Below are positions 18,390 through 27,551 of a stretch of DNA of 64,000 nucleotides, piece by piece. The position numbers and the translations under genes were made by a program. The notes under the pieces were generated by a model that worked only from the letters and a program-made list of their open reading frames with translations, did no database searches and had not been told where the DNA came from. The DNA comes from Candidatus Binatia bacterium. GTDB lineage: Bacteria; Desulfobacterota; Binatia; HRBIN30. Where the stretch lies: positions 32,001-96,000 of the forward strand of contig JBBRSP010000007.1 in assembly GCA_038245295.1 (NCBI GenBank), given 5' to 3'. Position 1 is the first letter of the stretch, and every line of letters begins with the position of its first letter.

Positions 18390-18905
18390 TTACATCTTCA
18401 TTTTCATCTTGTGCATGCCGTGCCCCTTCGACATGTCGTCGAGGTGGGTGAGAAGATTGGCCGTCAGCGTCGAGACTCGCTTCGCATCGGGAGTCGATAG
18501 GGCAACTTCCTTCTCGAGCTCCGTCAGCTGCTGATTCACCTGATCGTGATGCATCTCCATCTTCTCCATCTGGTCCTTCATTTTGGTTTGCATCTCCGGG
18601 CTCATCGCCTTGGCGCATTCCTCGTGGTGTTGCTTCATCTGATCGAAGCTACGGCGCATCTCGGCGACAGCGGCGCGCGCAAATTCAACGTTGACCGACT
18701 TCGCGTGCGACGTTTGCTCATGGAGTGTCTTCGCAAACGTCGTAAGGTTGTGGTGGTACGCCATGGCCAACGCATGGTGCGGCTCGTTGACCATCTCCTT
18801 CGACATGTCGGAATGGCCCTTGTGTCCCTCATGAGCCACGGCAACACCGCCGAAGCCCGCGAGGGCGAGAGCAACCAGGATTGTGGCGATCGTTTTTGTC
18901 TTCAT
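18390..18905 (-). CDS. Periplasmic His/Met-rich helical protein
   Basis: AAAGGAG RBS; signal peptide ending AVA-H; many His and Met residues. Confidence 0.75.
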   Translation of the reverse strand: MKTKTIATILVALALAGFGGVAVAHEGHKGHSDMSKEMVNEPHHALAMAYHHNLTTFAKTLHEQTSHAKSVNVEFARAAVAEMRRSFDQMKQHHEECAKAMSPEMQTKMKDQMEKMEMHHDQVNQQLTELEKEVALSTPDAKRVSTLTANLLTHLDDMSKGHGMHKMKMKM

Positions 18906-19239
18906 CGTAGATCTCCTTTGTTGGAATCAGTGGCTCGGCGGGTCTCGCCGTGTACCGCAGGGAGAAGCTTTCCCCAGGGCCACTGCAGTCATTTGTATAC
19001 GTGAGGTGCGAGTGGCCCGATAACTCGGAGTAGTACGCGCGTGATCCTACGCGGATCACGTGATTCCCAGCGTCGGCAAGTCGAGGAGTGCGTCTTCGCA
19101 GAGCCAGGAAGCGAGCCACCCGTCGCGCCTGTGCCGGTGTCGAGCACATCGGGGCACCCGTCTTGCTCGTTTCATGCAGTAAGAGAGTGATCTCGCCCAG
19201 GCGACCTATGGTGGGCTCGCTCCGCCGCTGAAAAGGGGT

Positions 19240-20694
19240 GTGGCCATGTCACGTTACGCTTATGAGCGCCTGACGGCGCTCGACAACAGCTTCCTCATCT
19301 TCGAGAGCGCCAATACCCCGATGCATGTCGCCACCGCAGCCACCTTTGAAGCGACGCCATTGCGCCACGCCGACGGCGGCGTCGACATGCAACGCATCCT
19401 GCACTACGTCGAATCGCGACTACACCTCATGCCGCGTTATCGCGAGCGACTCGCGTATATCCCGTTCGAAGATCATCCCGTGTGGGTCGACGACGAACGC
19501 TTCAACATCCTTTACCACGTGCGTCACACGGCCTTGCCGCGACCCGGGTCCGAGCGTCAGCTGAAACGGCTGTGTGCGCGCATCCTGTCGCAGCAACTCG
19601 ATCGCGGCAAACCGCTGTGGGAGATGTGGGTCATCGAAGGGGTGGAGGGCAATCGGCTCGCCATCATCACCAAGATGCACCACTGCATGATCGACGGCAT
19701 CGCCGGAGTCGACCTGCTCGCTTCACTGATGACGAACGAACCTAGCAAGCGTAATGCGTCGATCCCCGAGCCGAAGCGCTGGATCCCACGACCAACGCCA
19801 ACCCCGAGAGAGTTGTTGCGGGACGAGATCCTGACGCGTCTGCAGGCCCCCCTCAGCCTGCTCGGCCAGTTGTTGCAACAACCCAGCGAAGTCCTCGCCA
19901 ACGTCCGCGCCGGTGCCGCCGCCGTCGCCGAAGTGTTGCAAGGCGCGACACATCTCGCCTCGGATACCCCCTTGAATCGGCCGATCGGTCCGCATCGGCG
20001 ATTCGACTGGCTGACCATGGAGATGGACGCCTTACAGGAGATCCGCGAGCACCTCGGCGGCACACTCAACGAGGTCGTGTTGACGATCGTCAGCGGCGCC
20101 GTCCGACGCTTCCTCACGCAACGCAACATCGACGTCGACCAGATCGACTTCCGCGTCTTCGTACCGGTCAACGTCCGCCAGCCCGAAGCACACGCCAAGC
20201 CAGGCAATCAGGTGGCGGCCTGGATCATCGATTTACCCGTTCGTGAACCCGACGTCTTGCAACGACACGAACAACTACGGCGTCACACAGACCACGCCAA
20301 ACATTCGCAGCAGACCAAGGGTACCCAGATCCTCGTGGAGGCGACCGAGTGGACCGGCACAACCGTCCTTGGCCTGGCGACCCAATTGATGGAGCGCACC
20401 CTCCCCTTCAACATGGTCGTCACCAATGTGCCCGGCCCACCAAAGGCGCTGTATCTTCTCGGTGCCCGCATGTTGGCGCTGCATCCGATGGTGCCGTTAT
20501 TCGTCAACCAGGGACTCGGGGTGGCGCTGTTCAGCAACGCCGGGCGCTTGTTCTGGGGGTTCAACGCCGACTGGGACGTGGTCCCCGATCTCCACCAGTT
20601 TGTCGAGGCGATCTCCGCCTCGTTCGAAGAGTTACACGCGCTGGCGGCGCCGCGTCGCACCGCCACGCCACGACGTCGGCGAAGAGCGGCGTAG
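19240..20694 (+). CDS. Wax ester synthase/diacylglycerol acyltransferase (WS/DGAT)
   Basis: RLTALDNSFL, PMHV, LDRGKPLWE, catalytic HHCMIDG, VVTNVPGP. Confidence 0.92.
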   Translation: MAMSRYAYERLTALDNSFLIFESANTPMHVATAATFEATPLRHADGGVDMQRILHYVESRLHLMPRYRERLAYIPFEDHPVWVDDERFNILYHVRHTALPRPGSERQLKRLCARILSQQLDRGKPLWEMWVIEGVEGNRLAIITKMHHCMIDGIAGVDLLASLMTNEPSKRNASIPEPKRWIPRPTPTPRELLRDEILTRLQAPLSLLGQLLQQPSEVLANVRAGAAAVAEVLQGATHLASDTPLNRPIGPHRRFDWLTMEMDALQEIREHLGGTLNEVVLTIVSGAVRRFLTQRNIDVDQIDFRVFVPVNVRQPEAHAKPGNQVAAWIIDLPVREPDVLQRHEQLRRHTDHAKHSQQTKGTQILVEATEWTGTTVLGLATQLMERTLPFNMVVTNVPGPPKALYLLGARMLALHPMVPLFVNQGLGVALFSNAGRLFWGFNADWDVVPDLHQFVEAISASFEELHALAAPRRTATPRRRRRAA

Positions 20695-20702
20695 GGAGCA
20701 GC

Positions 20703-21920
20703 ATGGCTGATCAATCCGACCCCGCACTAGGGCGCAGCTTCACCGACTTCGTCGCTTCGCGCTGGCGCAGCTGGAGCGATGTGACGTCACACCCGTCGAT
20801 CCCCACCGCGCCGCGGACGCTGGCGTTGGCCGGCAAGGTGGCTCTCGACGAGATGCTCCTCACAGCCATGATTGCCTCGGTACGACTGCCGGCGCCGCAC
20901 GAGCGTCGTCGCATCGCGCGCGAGACCGGCGATGCCCTGGCATTGTTCGACGACCGCGGCTGGCTGATCGAACCGCGGCGCTACCACGAGACACCGCCAC
21001 CGCCGGAGCGCGTTTCCCTGCGGCGCTCGCGCTCGCGCGGCATCGAGTTTCGCCACCTGGCGTTCGATAGTGACTACGAGCCGCGCCCCGAAGAACCGGG
21101 ACGAGCACGCTGGCTGGGTCGGCGAGCGAACCGCCGGGCTCATGCTTGGGTCGTGCAGCACGCCGGCCCGCCGCGCCCGTGGCTGATGTGTATCCACGGC
21201 TACGGCATGGGCATCCCGTTCGTCGATCTCGGCGGTTTCCAGGCCGCTCGCCTGGCACGCGGGCTCGGACTCAACCTCATTTTCCCGGTGCTGCCGTTGC
21301 ATGGTCCACGCCGCGAAGGCGCCCGTAGTGGGCAAGGTTTTGTCAGTGGCGACCACCTCGACACAGTACACGCCGAGGCCCAGGCAATGTGGGACATTCG
21401 CCGCATCCTGGCGTGGGTACGCGGTCTCGACGGCGAAAGTGTCGGCGTCTACGGGCTGTCGTTGGGTGGCTACAACGCCGCCCTGTTGGCGGGCCTAGAA
21501 CCTGACCTGGCTTGTGTCATCGCCGGCGTCCCGGCCACCTGCTTCGTCAGCTTCGTGCGCGAACACTCGGCACGGATGGTCTTACGCGATCAGACCGCCG
21601 CCGATCTGATGTCTGACGATGCCGAGCGAATACTGCGCGTTGTCTCGCCGCTCAGCCTGCCACCGCTCGTACCGTGGGATCGTCGCTTCCTGTTCGCTGG
21701 GCTCGCCGATCGCTTCATTCCAGCCGAACACGTGCGCCGCCTATGGGAGCACTGGTCGCGCTCGCACGTCACCTGGTACCACGGCACCCACATGACGTTC
21801 CCCTTCGAGCGCCAGGTACAGCAGCTCATCGAGGATGCGCTCCACACCACTGGCCTGATCCACCGCCGACCGACACCGAACGCGCCAGTGATCGATCGTG
21901 CCAGCGACTCAGTGTCATGA
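20703..21920 (+). CDS. Alpha/beta hydrolase
   Basis: IHGYGMG, LPLHGPR, nucleophile GLSLGG, ADRF, GTH. Confidence 0.85.
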   Translation: MADQSDPALGRSFTDFVASRWRSWSDVTSHPSIPTAPRTLALAGKVALDEMLLTAMIASVRLPAPHERRRIARETGDALALFDDRGWLIEPRRYHETPPPPERVSLRRSRSRGIEFRHLAFDSDYEPRPEEPGRARWLGRRANRRAHAWVVQHAGPPRPWLMCIHGYGMGIPFVDLGGFQAARLARGLGLNLIFPVLPLHGPRREGARSGQGFVSGDHLDTVHAEAQAMWDIRRILAWVRGLDGESVGVYGLSLGGYNAALLAGLEPDLACVIAGVPATCFVSFVREHSARMVLRDQTAADLMSDDAERILRVVSPLSLPPLVPWDRRFLFAGLADRFIPAEHVRRLWEHWSRSHVTWYHGTHMTFPFERQVQQLIEDALHTTGLIHRRPTPNAPVIDRASDSVS

Positions 21921-22515
21921 CCGACACGATGGCACCGATGAGGCAGGTAAACATGTCCCACTGCGTATCCCACGGGTCACCCTGCGTCCCGAGGAAGTCG
22001 GTCGCCTTGGCGCCGCCGAGCAGGGCCGACCACCATTCGATGAACTCGTAGAAGGCACTGAAGGCGAGACAGACACTCACCACGAGAAACGGCAACCAGC
22101 GGCTGCGGCCAATCGTGCTGGTGCGCAGCAATAGCTCGCGAACCAAGACAGCCGGCACGAATCCCTGCGCAAAGTGGCCGAGGCGGTCGAAGTCGTTCCG
22201 CGCCAACCCGAAGGTGTTCTTGACCCAGTCACCGACGGGGACCTTGGCGTAGGTCCAGTGCCCGCCGACGGCAAGAATCACAGAATGTAGCGCCAGCAGG
22301 CTCAGGCAGAGGTGCGACAGTGGGAAACGGCGGTGCGTGGCAAACCACAGTGTCAAACCGATCCAGACCGGGAAATTCTCGAGAGCCCAGGTTAGGCGAT
22401 CGGCGACCGGGTGAAGCCCGAGGCCCACTTGCACAATGATCACCAAACCGATGACCACGTTGGGCAGGTTTACCCTAGTAGCAGGGGACGGTTCCGGTGC
22501 GCGTTCAGCCGGCAT
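21826..22515 (-). CDS. DUF2238 (YjdF-like) inner membrane protein
   Basis: DRLTWALE, GGHWTYAKVP, RNDFDRLGHF, FLGTQGDPWDTQWDM. Confidence 0.9.
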   Translation of the reverse strand: MPAERAPEPSPATRVNLPNVVIGLVIIVQVGLGLHPVADRLTWALENFPVWIGLTLWFATHRRFPLSHLCLSLLALHSVILAVGGHWTYAKVPVGDWVKNTFGLARNDFDRLGHFAQGFVPAVLVRELLLRTSTIGRSRWLPFLVVSVCLAFSAFYEFIEWWSALLGGAKATDFLGTQGDPWDTQWDMFTCLIGAIVSVMTLSRWHDRSLARSVSVGGGSGQWCGAHPR

Positions 22516-22643
22516 GCGGCCCCGGCATCAGGCGTGCGGGCAAGCTCGAGTCATGCACCGCTCTCGAATAGCACGAAGAGGGAGGACCGTCCGCTGCCTG
22601 AAGGCTCAAACAGCGGACGGCGGGGAGAGTCGTCGCGTGTCGA

Positions 22644-23681
22644 CTAGTGCTTTCCCTTGAACTTCGTCGTGGTGTTGGTGACGAGCTGCGCCCCCGTGTA
22701 GACATCGCCCCAGCATAGGGCGTTGTCGCTGTTGACGAGTTGTACGGTCACACTTGTCGCCCCGGAAAACGGCAGGCTGGCACCAAAGCCGAGCGCGAAA
22801 CCTTTGCCGACAGCGTGGATCTGACCTTTACCGGCGACCTTGCCGGCAGCCAGCGTAACCACCTGCAGTGTCGTCGACGTCTTGTTCTTGTAGTTGAACC
22901 CGTGCGGCTTCAGCACCCAACCACTGCCCGCGGCCACGTCGAGCTGATCCATCAGCGTATTGTCGGCGTAAAGGCACATGGCGTAACGTGCCGTCGTCGT
23001 CGGATTACCAAAGTCGGCAGGATTGGTCGTCGGTCCCTTCTTCCATGTGAAGGCCAAGCTTTGCTTGCCAGCCACATCTCCCATGGTGAGCAAGCTCGCT
23101 CCGGGCGCAATGCAGGTCGCCGGAGTTGAGGGACACAGCGACAGGCTGTTGTTGTTGATTGTCAGACTGACGGCGCTGGCAGCGTCGCCGAGCCCGGTAT
23201 GTGATAGGTCAACCGCATTGCCCCACGCCGCGAGCGTTACGCTGGTAAACGATGCGGGGGCGGTCCAATCGAACGAAAAGGAAGTGACGCCGCTCACCGC
23301 CGGCTTCGGGGCGCTATGCGTCAGCTCGAGCAAGCTTGTCACCGGGTTTGTCATTGTCTGGGTGTCGGCTGAATCCGGACCACCGACGGAGAACAAACCG
23401 GCAGGGGCGGATACGTTCAAGCCAGCGTACGGCTGGGTATTCGGGTTTGTGACACTCAGGGTGTACGTGTTTGTTGAATTCGGGGCCACCGAGGTGGGGC
23501 CGCTCAGCTGAACAGCGGGGCTTGTGCCGCCGCCGTGACAAGCCAGGTTGTTACAGCCGGTCGCCGCCGAGGGGAAAAACGCGCTGACCATACCCGCGGA
23601 GAAGGCATACGCACTCGGTGCGATCGCAAGCGTGAGCAGAGCGGCCAGCGCCGCGGTTTGAAGAGATCGTTCGACTTTCAT
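22644..23681 (-). CDS. Secreted Reeler/choice-of-anchor-V-like protein with CX4CH motif
   Basis: Signal peptide; GCNNLACHGG; ELTHSAPK..FSFDWTAP...LAAWGNAV; C-terminal beta domain (FTWKKG...DFGNP...VQLVNS..CW). Confidence 0.7.
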   Translation of the reverse strand: MKVERSLQTAALAALLTLAIAPSAYAFSAGMVSAFFPSAATGCNNLACHGGGTSPAVQLSGPTSVAPNSTNTYTLSVTNPNTQPYAGLNVSAPAGLFSVGGPDSADTQTMTNPVTSLLELTHSAPKPAVSGVTSFSFDWTAPASFTSVTLAAWGNAVDLSHTGLGDAASAVSLTINNNSLSLCPSTPATCIAPGASLLTMGDVAGKQSLAFTWKKGPTTNPADFGNPTTTARYAMCLYADNTLMDQLDVAAGSGWVLKPHGFNYKNKTSTTLQVVTLAAGKVAGKGQIHAVGKGFALGFGASLPFSGATSVTVQLVNSDNALCWGDVYTGAQLVTNTTTKFKGKH

Positions 23682-23745
23682 TCAATTCTCCTTGGTTCGT
23701 CTAGTAGTGCGTCCTGCGGTCCACCGGACAAAGCGCCGTGCTGCC

Positions 23746-24111
23746 TCACAACGCTTTGGCATCGCTGACAACGATGCTGGCGACACCTTGTTTGTCGAAT
23801 TTCTTGCCGGTGATCTCGGCGCGCTCGCCGGCGAGTTTCTTGGCCGCGTCATATGGATCGGAATTGTTGTGGTCGTCGAGGAGGAGGTACACCTGGCCGG
23901 CATCGGTGAGCACGCCGATGGGCACGCCCTTCTTGGCGCACATGACGGCGCAGGGCTTGTGCGCCGCGCCTTTGAGACCCTTGGACATGTAACAAGCCAT
24001 GTCGAGGATCTCGCCTTGCACGGTCAGATCTTCCTCGGCACGTGCGGCACCGGCGCAAAGCAGGCCGGCCAGGATTATGGATAAACTTCCAGCTACCAAT
24101 TTTCGCTTCAT
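23746..24111 (-). CDS. Exported conserved hypothetical protein with Cys/His cluster
   Basis: AAGGAG RBS; signal peptide; GEILDMACY...HKPCAVMCAKKGVPIG. Confidence 0.75.
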   Translation of the reverse strand: MKRKLVAGSLSIILAGLLCAGAARAEEDLTVQGEILDMACYMSKGLKGAAHKPCAVMCAKKGVPIGVLTDAGQVYLLLDDHNNSDPYDAAKKLAGERAEITGKKFDKQGVASIVVSDAKAL

Positions 24112-24144
24112 ACGATTTCTCCTTGTTGGCGTGCGGCTGGTTTT

Positions 24145-24825
24145 TTAGTCGCCGCCACCACCGCCCTCGCCCCTGCTGCCAGCACCAGCACCACCACCAC
24201 CACCGCCCTCGCCTCTGCCGCCACCACCACGACGACGACTCGCCCTAAGATAACGCGCGATGTCGATGGTGTTGCCGCGCGTCAGCAGCGCGGACAGGAA
24301 CTGCATTTGCGGGACTTCCCCGAGCGCCTCTCGGATGCTGCCGAGAGAGGAGCCGTAGACGGTCTCGCCGACGAAGCTGGTCGAGGTCGCCTCGTGGCAA
24401 GACGCACAGTAGGCTTGGTAGGCGATCGCCCCTCGCGCCACGCTGTTTCGCGGCGTCGTGGTTGGTGTCGGTGTGAACGTCGGTGTGCCGGTCGTGCCGA
24501 ACGGAACCGCCGGCGTCGGCGTAGGTGTTCCAGCAACGACTCCGAGAGCGGCAAGATAAGCGGCCGTGCCGTTGACGTCGTTGACGACGGCACCGTGACC
24601 AACCATGCGGTTGATCGTATTCACCCACGTGTTTTGATCGCGTCCGCTCACGTACGATGTGAAGCCCTGCGAACCGGGGCCGTTCGTGACGGTTACACCG
24701 TTCACACTAAGGCCATGGCAAGAGCCACACGCGGTCGACACCGCGGCCGGCGTTACCGCGTGTGCGGCGTTGATCAGCACGATGGCCAGTACGTTTGTCG
24801 CAAGCACCTTGCGCCAGATTGTCAT
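24145..24825 (-). CDS. Diheme c-type cytochrome
   Basis: AAGGAG RBS; signal peptide; CGSCH with W..TINRM, PT linker, CASCH with distal Met; Gly-rich tail. Confidence 0.8.
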   Translation of the reverse strand: MTIWRKVLATNVLAIVLINAAHAVTPAAVSTACGSCHGLSVNGVTVTNGPGSQGFTSYVSGRDQNTWVNTINRMVGHGAVVNDVNGTAAYLAALGVVAGTPTPTPAVPFGTTGTPTFTPTPTTTPRNSVARGAIAYQAYCASCHEATSTSFVGETVYGSSLGSIREALGEVPQMQFLSALLTRGNTIDIARYLRASRRRGGGGRGEGGGGGGAGAGSRGEGGGGGD

Positions 24826-24906
24826 TCGGGAACTCCTTCTTTGTTGCATCCGTGCGGCCTCGTTGAAGTTGAGGGAAACATTGGGCTCAGCGAGACCACC
24901 CACGGG

Positions 24907-24922
24907 TGCAACGCCCATGCCA
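24907..24922 (-). promoter_or_regulatory. Sigma54 (-24/-12) promoter
   Basis: Minus strand TGGCATG-GGCG-TTGCA, a near-consensus match about 80 bp upstream of ATG 24825. Confidence 0.7.
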
Positions 24923-25074
24923 CTCACGCGTCGCGAAGCTTCCGCCCTTCGCCCCGGGTGATTCACTCGTTTTACTGCAACTTGACGAACCGGCGGCGTG
25001 CCAATCGCGCAAGAGCTTGCAGTCCCGACGCCACAACGCGCCCACGATATTGCGAGGCCACGCGCACACACGGC

Positions 25075-25090
25075 TGGCGCGGCAACTGCA
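25075..25090 (+). promoter_or_regulatory. Possible divergent sigma54 promoter
   Basis: TGGCGCG-GCAA-CTGCA (GG-N10-GC) before the 25103 ORF. Confidence 0.4.
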
Positions 25091-25102
25091 AGGAAGCTCT
25101 GA

Positions 25103-26053
25103 ATGAAGATCCCGCAGAATTCTTTTGTGAACAGAACATTGCTTCGGGTGCGTACGGAACTGCCGCGGCTGGCATTATGCCTTCTCGCGATCGGCCTGCG
25201 GCCCGTCCACGTTGCTCACGCTGCGACTACACCCTTGCTTGCTGCAAGCGCACAGGCAGTGGCCGCGAGCTGCATCGGCGATTGTGATGCCAGCGGCGGT
25301 GTAACCATCGACGAGTTGATCGCGGGCGTGAACATCGCGCTCGGCAATGCCGCGTTGACCGTGTGCCCGGTGTTCGATTGCAACGGCAGCGGTGAAGTCA
25401 CCATCAACTGCCTGGTGAGCGCCGTGAACGCTGCCCTCAATGGCTGCCCGGCCCCACCCGTACCAAGCGCGACATCGACACCGGCGGCCACGGAGACAGC
25501 AATCGAGGTGGCAACGGCAACCTTGACGCCGACGCCAACACAACCCCCGATTGACACAGCAACAGCCGCACCCTCGCCCTCGGCATCACCTTCGCGCACC
25601 GCGACGGCGACGGCGACACCCACACAACCACCGGTTGCCACAGCAACAGCCACACGATCGCCCTCGGCATCACCTTCGCGCACTGCGACGGCGACGGCGA
25701 CACCCACAACCGCGACGTCAACCGCAACCCTGGCAACCATCCAAAGCACCATCTTCTCGCCGAGCTGCACCGACGCCGGTTGCCACAACAGTGCCGTCCG
25801 CGCCGGCAGCCTAAATCTCGAAGCCGGCAAGTCATACGACGAGTTGGTCAACGTCACGAGCTTCAGCTACTTCGCCCAGCAGGCAGGGACACTGCGTGTC
25901 AAACCCGGCGATCCGGCCAACAGCTTTCTGCTGATCAAGTGTGGCACTCCCGCCGGCCAGTTCGGCTCGATCATGCCGCTCGGCAAAGCGCATTTGACCG
26001 CCGATCAGCTCCAACTCCTGAAAGACTGGATCACCAACGGCGCCTTGCCCTGA
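25103..26053 (+). CDS. Secreted protein: dockerin-like module, PT linker, C-terminal cytochrome-c-like domain (CX4CH)
   Basis: CIGDCDASGGVTIDELIAGVNIALG...DCNGSGEVTINCLVSAVNAALNGC; IFSPSCTDAGCH...RVKPGDPANSFL...MPLG...WITNGA. Start uncertain. Confidence 0.75.
   Translation: MKIPQNSFVNRTLLRVRTELPRLALCLLAIGLRPVHVAHAATTPLLAASAQAVAASCIGDCDASGGVTIDELIAGVNIALGNAALTVCPVFDCNGSGEVTINCLVSAVNAALNGCPAPPVPSATSTPAATETAIEVATATLTPTPTQPPIDTATAAPSPSASPSRTATATATPTQPPVATATATRSPSASPSRTATATATPTTATSTATLATIQSTIFSPSCTDAGCHNSAVRAGSLNLEAGKSYDELVNVTSFSYFAQQAGTLRVKPGDPANSFLLIKCGTPAGQFGSIMPLGKAHLTADQLQLLKDWITNGALP
25555..25708 (+). repeat. 84-bp period in-frame duplication in the PT linker
   Basis: CACAGCAACAGCC...TCGCCCTCGGCATCACCTTCGCGCAC.GCGACGGCGACGGCGACACCCACA at 25555 and 25639. 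Confidence 0.75.
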
Positions 26054-26327
26054 AGAAACCGCCTCCCCCCTTCCGCCGCGAACGAATCGTGCCCCTCCTG
26101 GGGTCGCATTCTGATTCGTCGGAAGTGGGGGCGTTCCCAATTCCTGCACCCTCGAAACTTGTCGTTTGGTGACGCGTCTTCCGTGCCGCATCGCCGGCCT
26201 CACCCATCAACATCCGGGGACAGGCGGCTCATGTCAGGCGCCAACGAACTGCACCGCTGGCAAGGTCGGCGCGCCGTGTAGTGGCACACCCAGAAGCAGC
26301 GCAATGTCAGCGGCGATACCAACTGCG

Positions 26328-27197
26328 CTAGCGGAGCTTGCGCAACCTCGGCACAGCCTTCTTCCGCGGCGATGCGCGGCCGGCAAAGCGGTGCAGCAAT
26401 CGCGCGCCCAGTGTTGCGTCCGGATCATTGCGGCGCCTGCGCTGCAGCAGCTTGATGCCGCGTTCGACGGCGGCCGACACTTCGGCGCGCAATTCGAGAC
26501 AGGCGACCTGATCGTCGGCACGCCCGGCCCACGGCTGCGTTTCAATTGGTGCTCCGAAGCGGAAATAGAACCGTTGCGGCCGCGGCAGCGGCCCGATGCC
26601 GGCAACGACGGGCGGCAATTCGTCGGCCCGCGGTGTCAGCGACTCGAGAAAGGGACCGATCGGGCTGCGCCGCATCTCGTCGCTATCAATGAGGATGTCG
26701 TAACACTCTTCGGCGCCGACCGAGGCGAACGGGACAATCGGATAGCCGTGCTTGATCGCCAGCGCGGCGAAGCCGATGCGGTTCTTCCAGATCAGGTGAT
26801 ACTGCTCGCCCTTGTGCTTGAAGACCTCGCGACCACCACCTGGAAAAACGAGGACCGATTCGCCGGCGCGCATCAGGGCGGAGCAGTTGTCACGCGTCCC
26901 GTCGACCGCTCCGAAACGCGTCAACACGTCGCGCCACAGCGGCACCTGGAAATGCAGATGATCCCCGAGGGCGCGCACCATCAAACCGGTACGCTCGTGC
27001 AAGCCGAGCAGCATCAGCGGGATGTCGAGCACCCCCATGAGAGTGTGATTACCGACCAACAGGAACGGTCGGTCGGTCGGGACGTTCTCCACCCCGACGA
27101 ACAGGGGGGATGTCAGCATTCGCCACGGCTCGAGTAGAACCCGTGCCGCGGCCATGGCTTCGGCAGTCGGCCGGCGTCCGGCGACGGCGCGTCTCAT
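26328..27197 (-). CDS. Lysophospholipid/diacylglycerol acyltransferase family protein
   Basis: LLVGNHTLMGVLD, VLVFPGGGRE, PIVPFASVGAEE. Confidence 0.85.
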   Translation of the reverse strand: MRRAVAGRRPTAEAMAAARVLLEPWRMLTSPLFVGVENVPTDRPFLLVGNHTLMGVLDIPLMLLGLHERTGLMVRALGDHLHFQVPLWRDVLTRFGAVDGTRDNCSALMRAGESVLVFPGGGREVFKHKGEQYHLIWKNRIGFAALAIKHGYPIVPFASVGAEECYDILIDSDEMRRSPIGPFLESLTPRADELPPVVAGIGPLPRPQRFYFRFGAPIETQPWAGRADDQVACLELRAEVSAAVERGIKLLQRRRRNDPDATLGARLLHRFAGRASPRKKAVPRLRKLR

Positions 27198-27551
27198 TCT
27201 GCACGAGCTACCCCGCTTGCACTTATCGCGTCAATCTCAGGGCACACCCGTCAGTCGACCGGACGCGTTCAACAGAAACGTCCGTGGCGGACCGATAATG
27301 GAGGTGGTGATAGGGGGCGGGCGTCGGGCGGGTCGCGCGGCAATTCGCCTTCGCGTTTTGCAGAACGGAGTCGGGCTTGTTCTTCTCCGAAGCGCGCGGC
27401 GCGAAGGGGAGCCCCCAGGCCCGCAGCCGGCGGATCGTCCTCAGCAAATCCAGACAGTTTTTAGCCGCACCGCCGGGGCGGCGTGAGGGCACGCCGACTC
27501 CGTCCCCGCACGCCGTGCAAAGTCGCGTCGGGCGGTTGCGCGTGCTGATGG

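Noticed and set aside
26166..26330. Cys motif GGSCQAPTNCTAGKVGAPCSG as the start of a 323-aa gene
   Set aside because: The rest of the ORF is antisense to the acyltransferase; at most a tiny remnant of a secreted protein gene.
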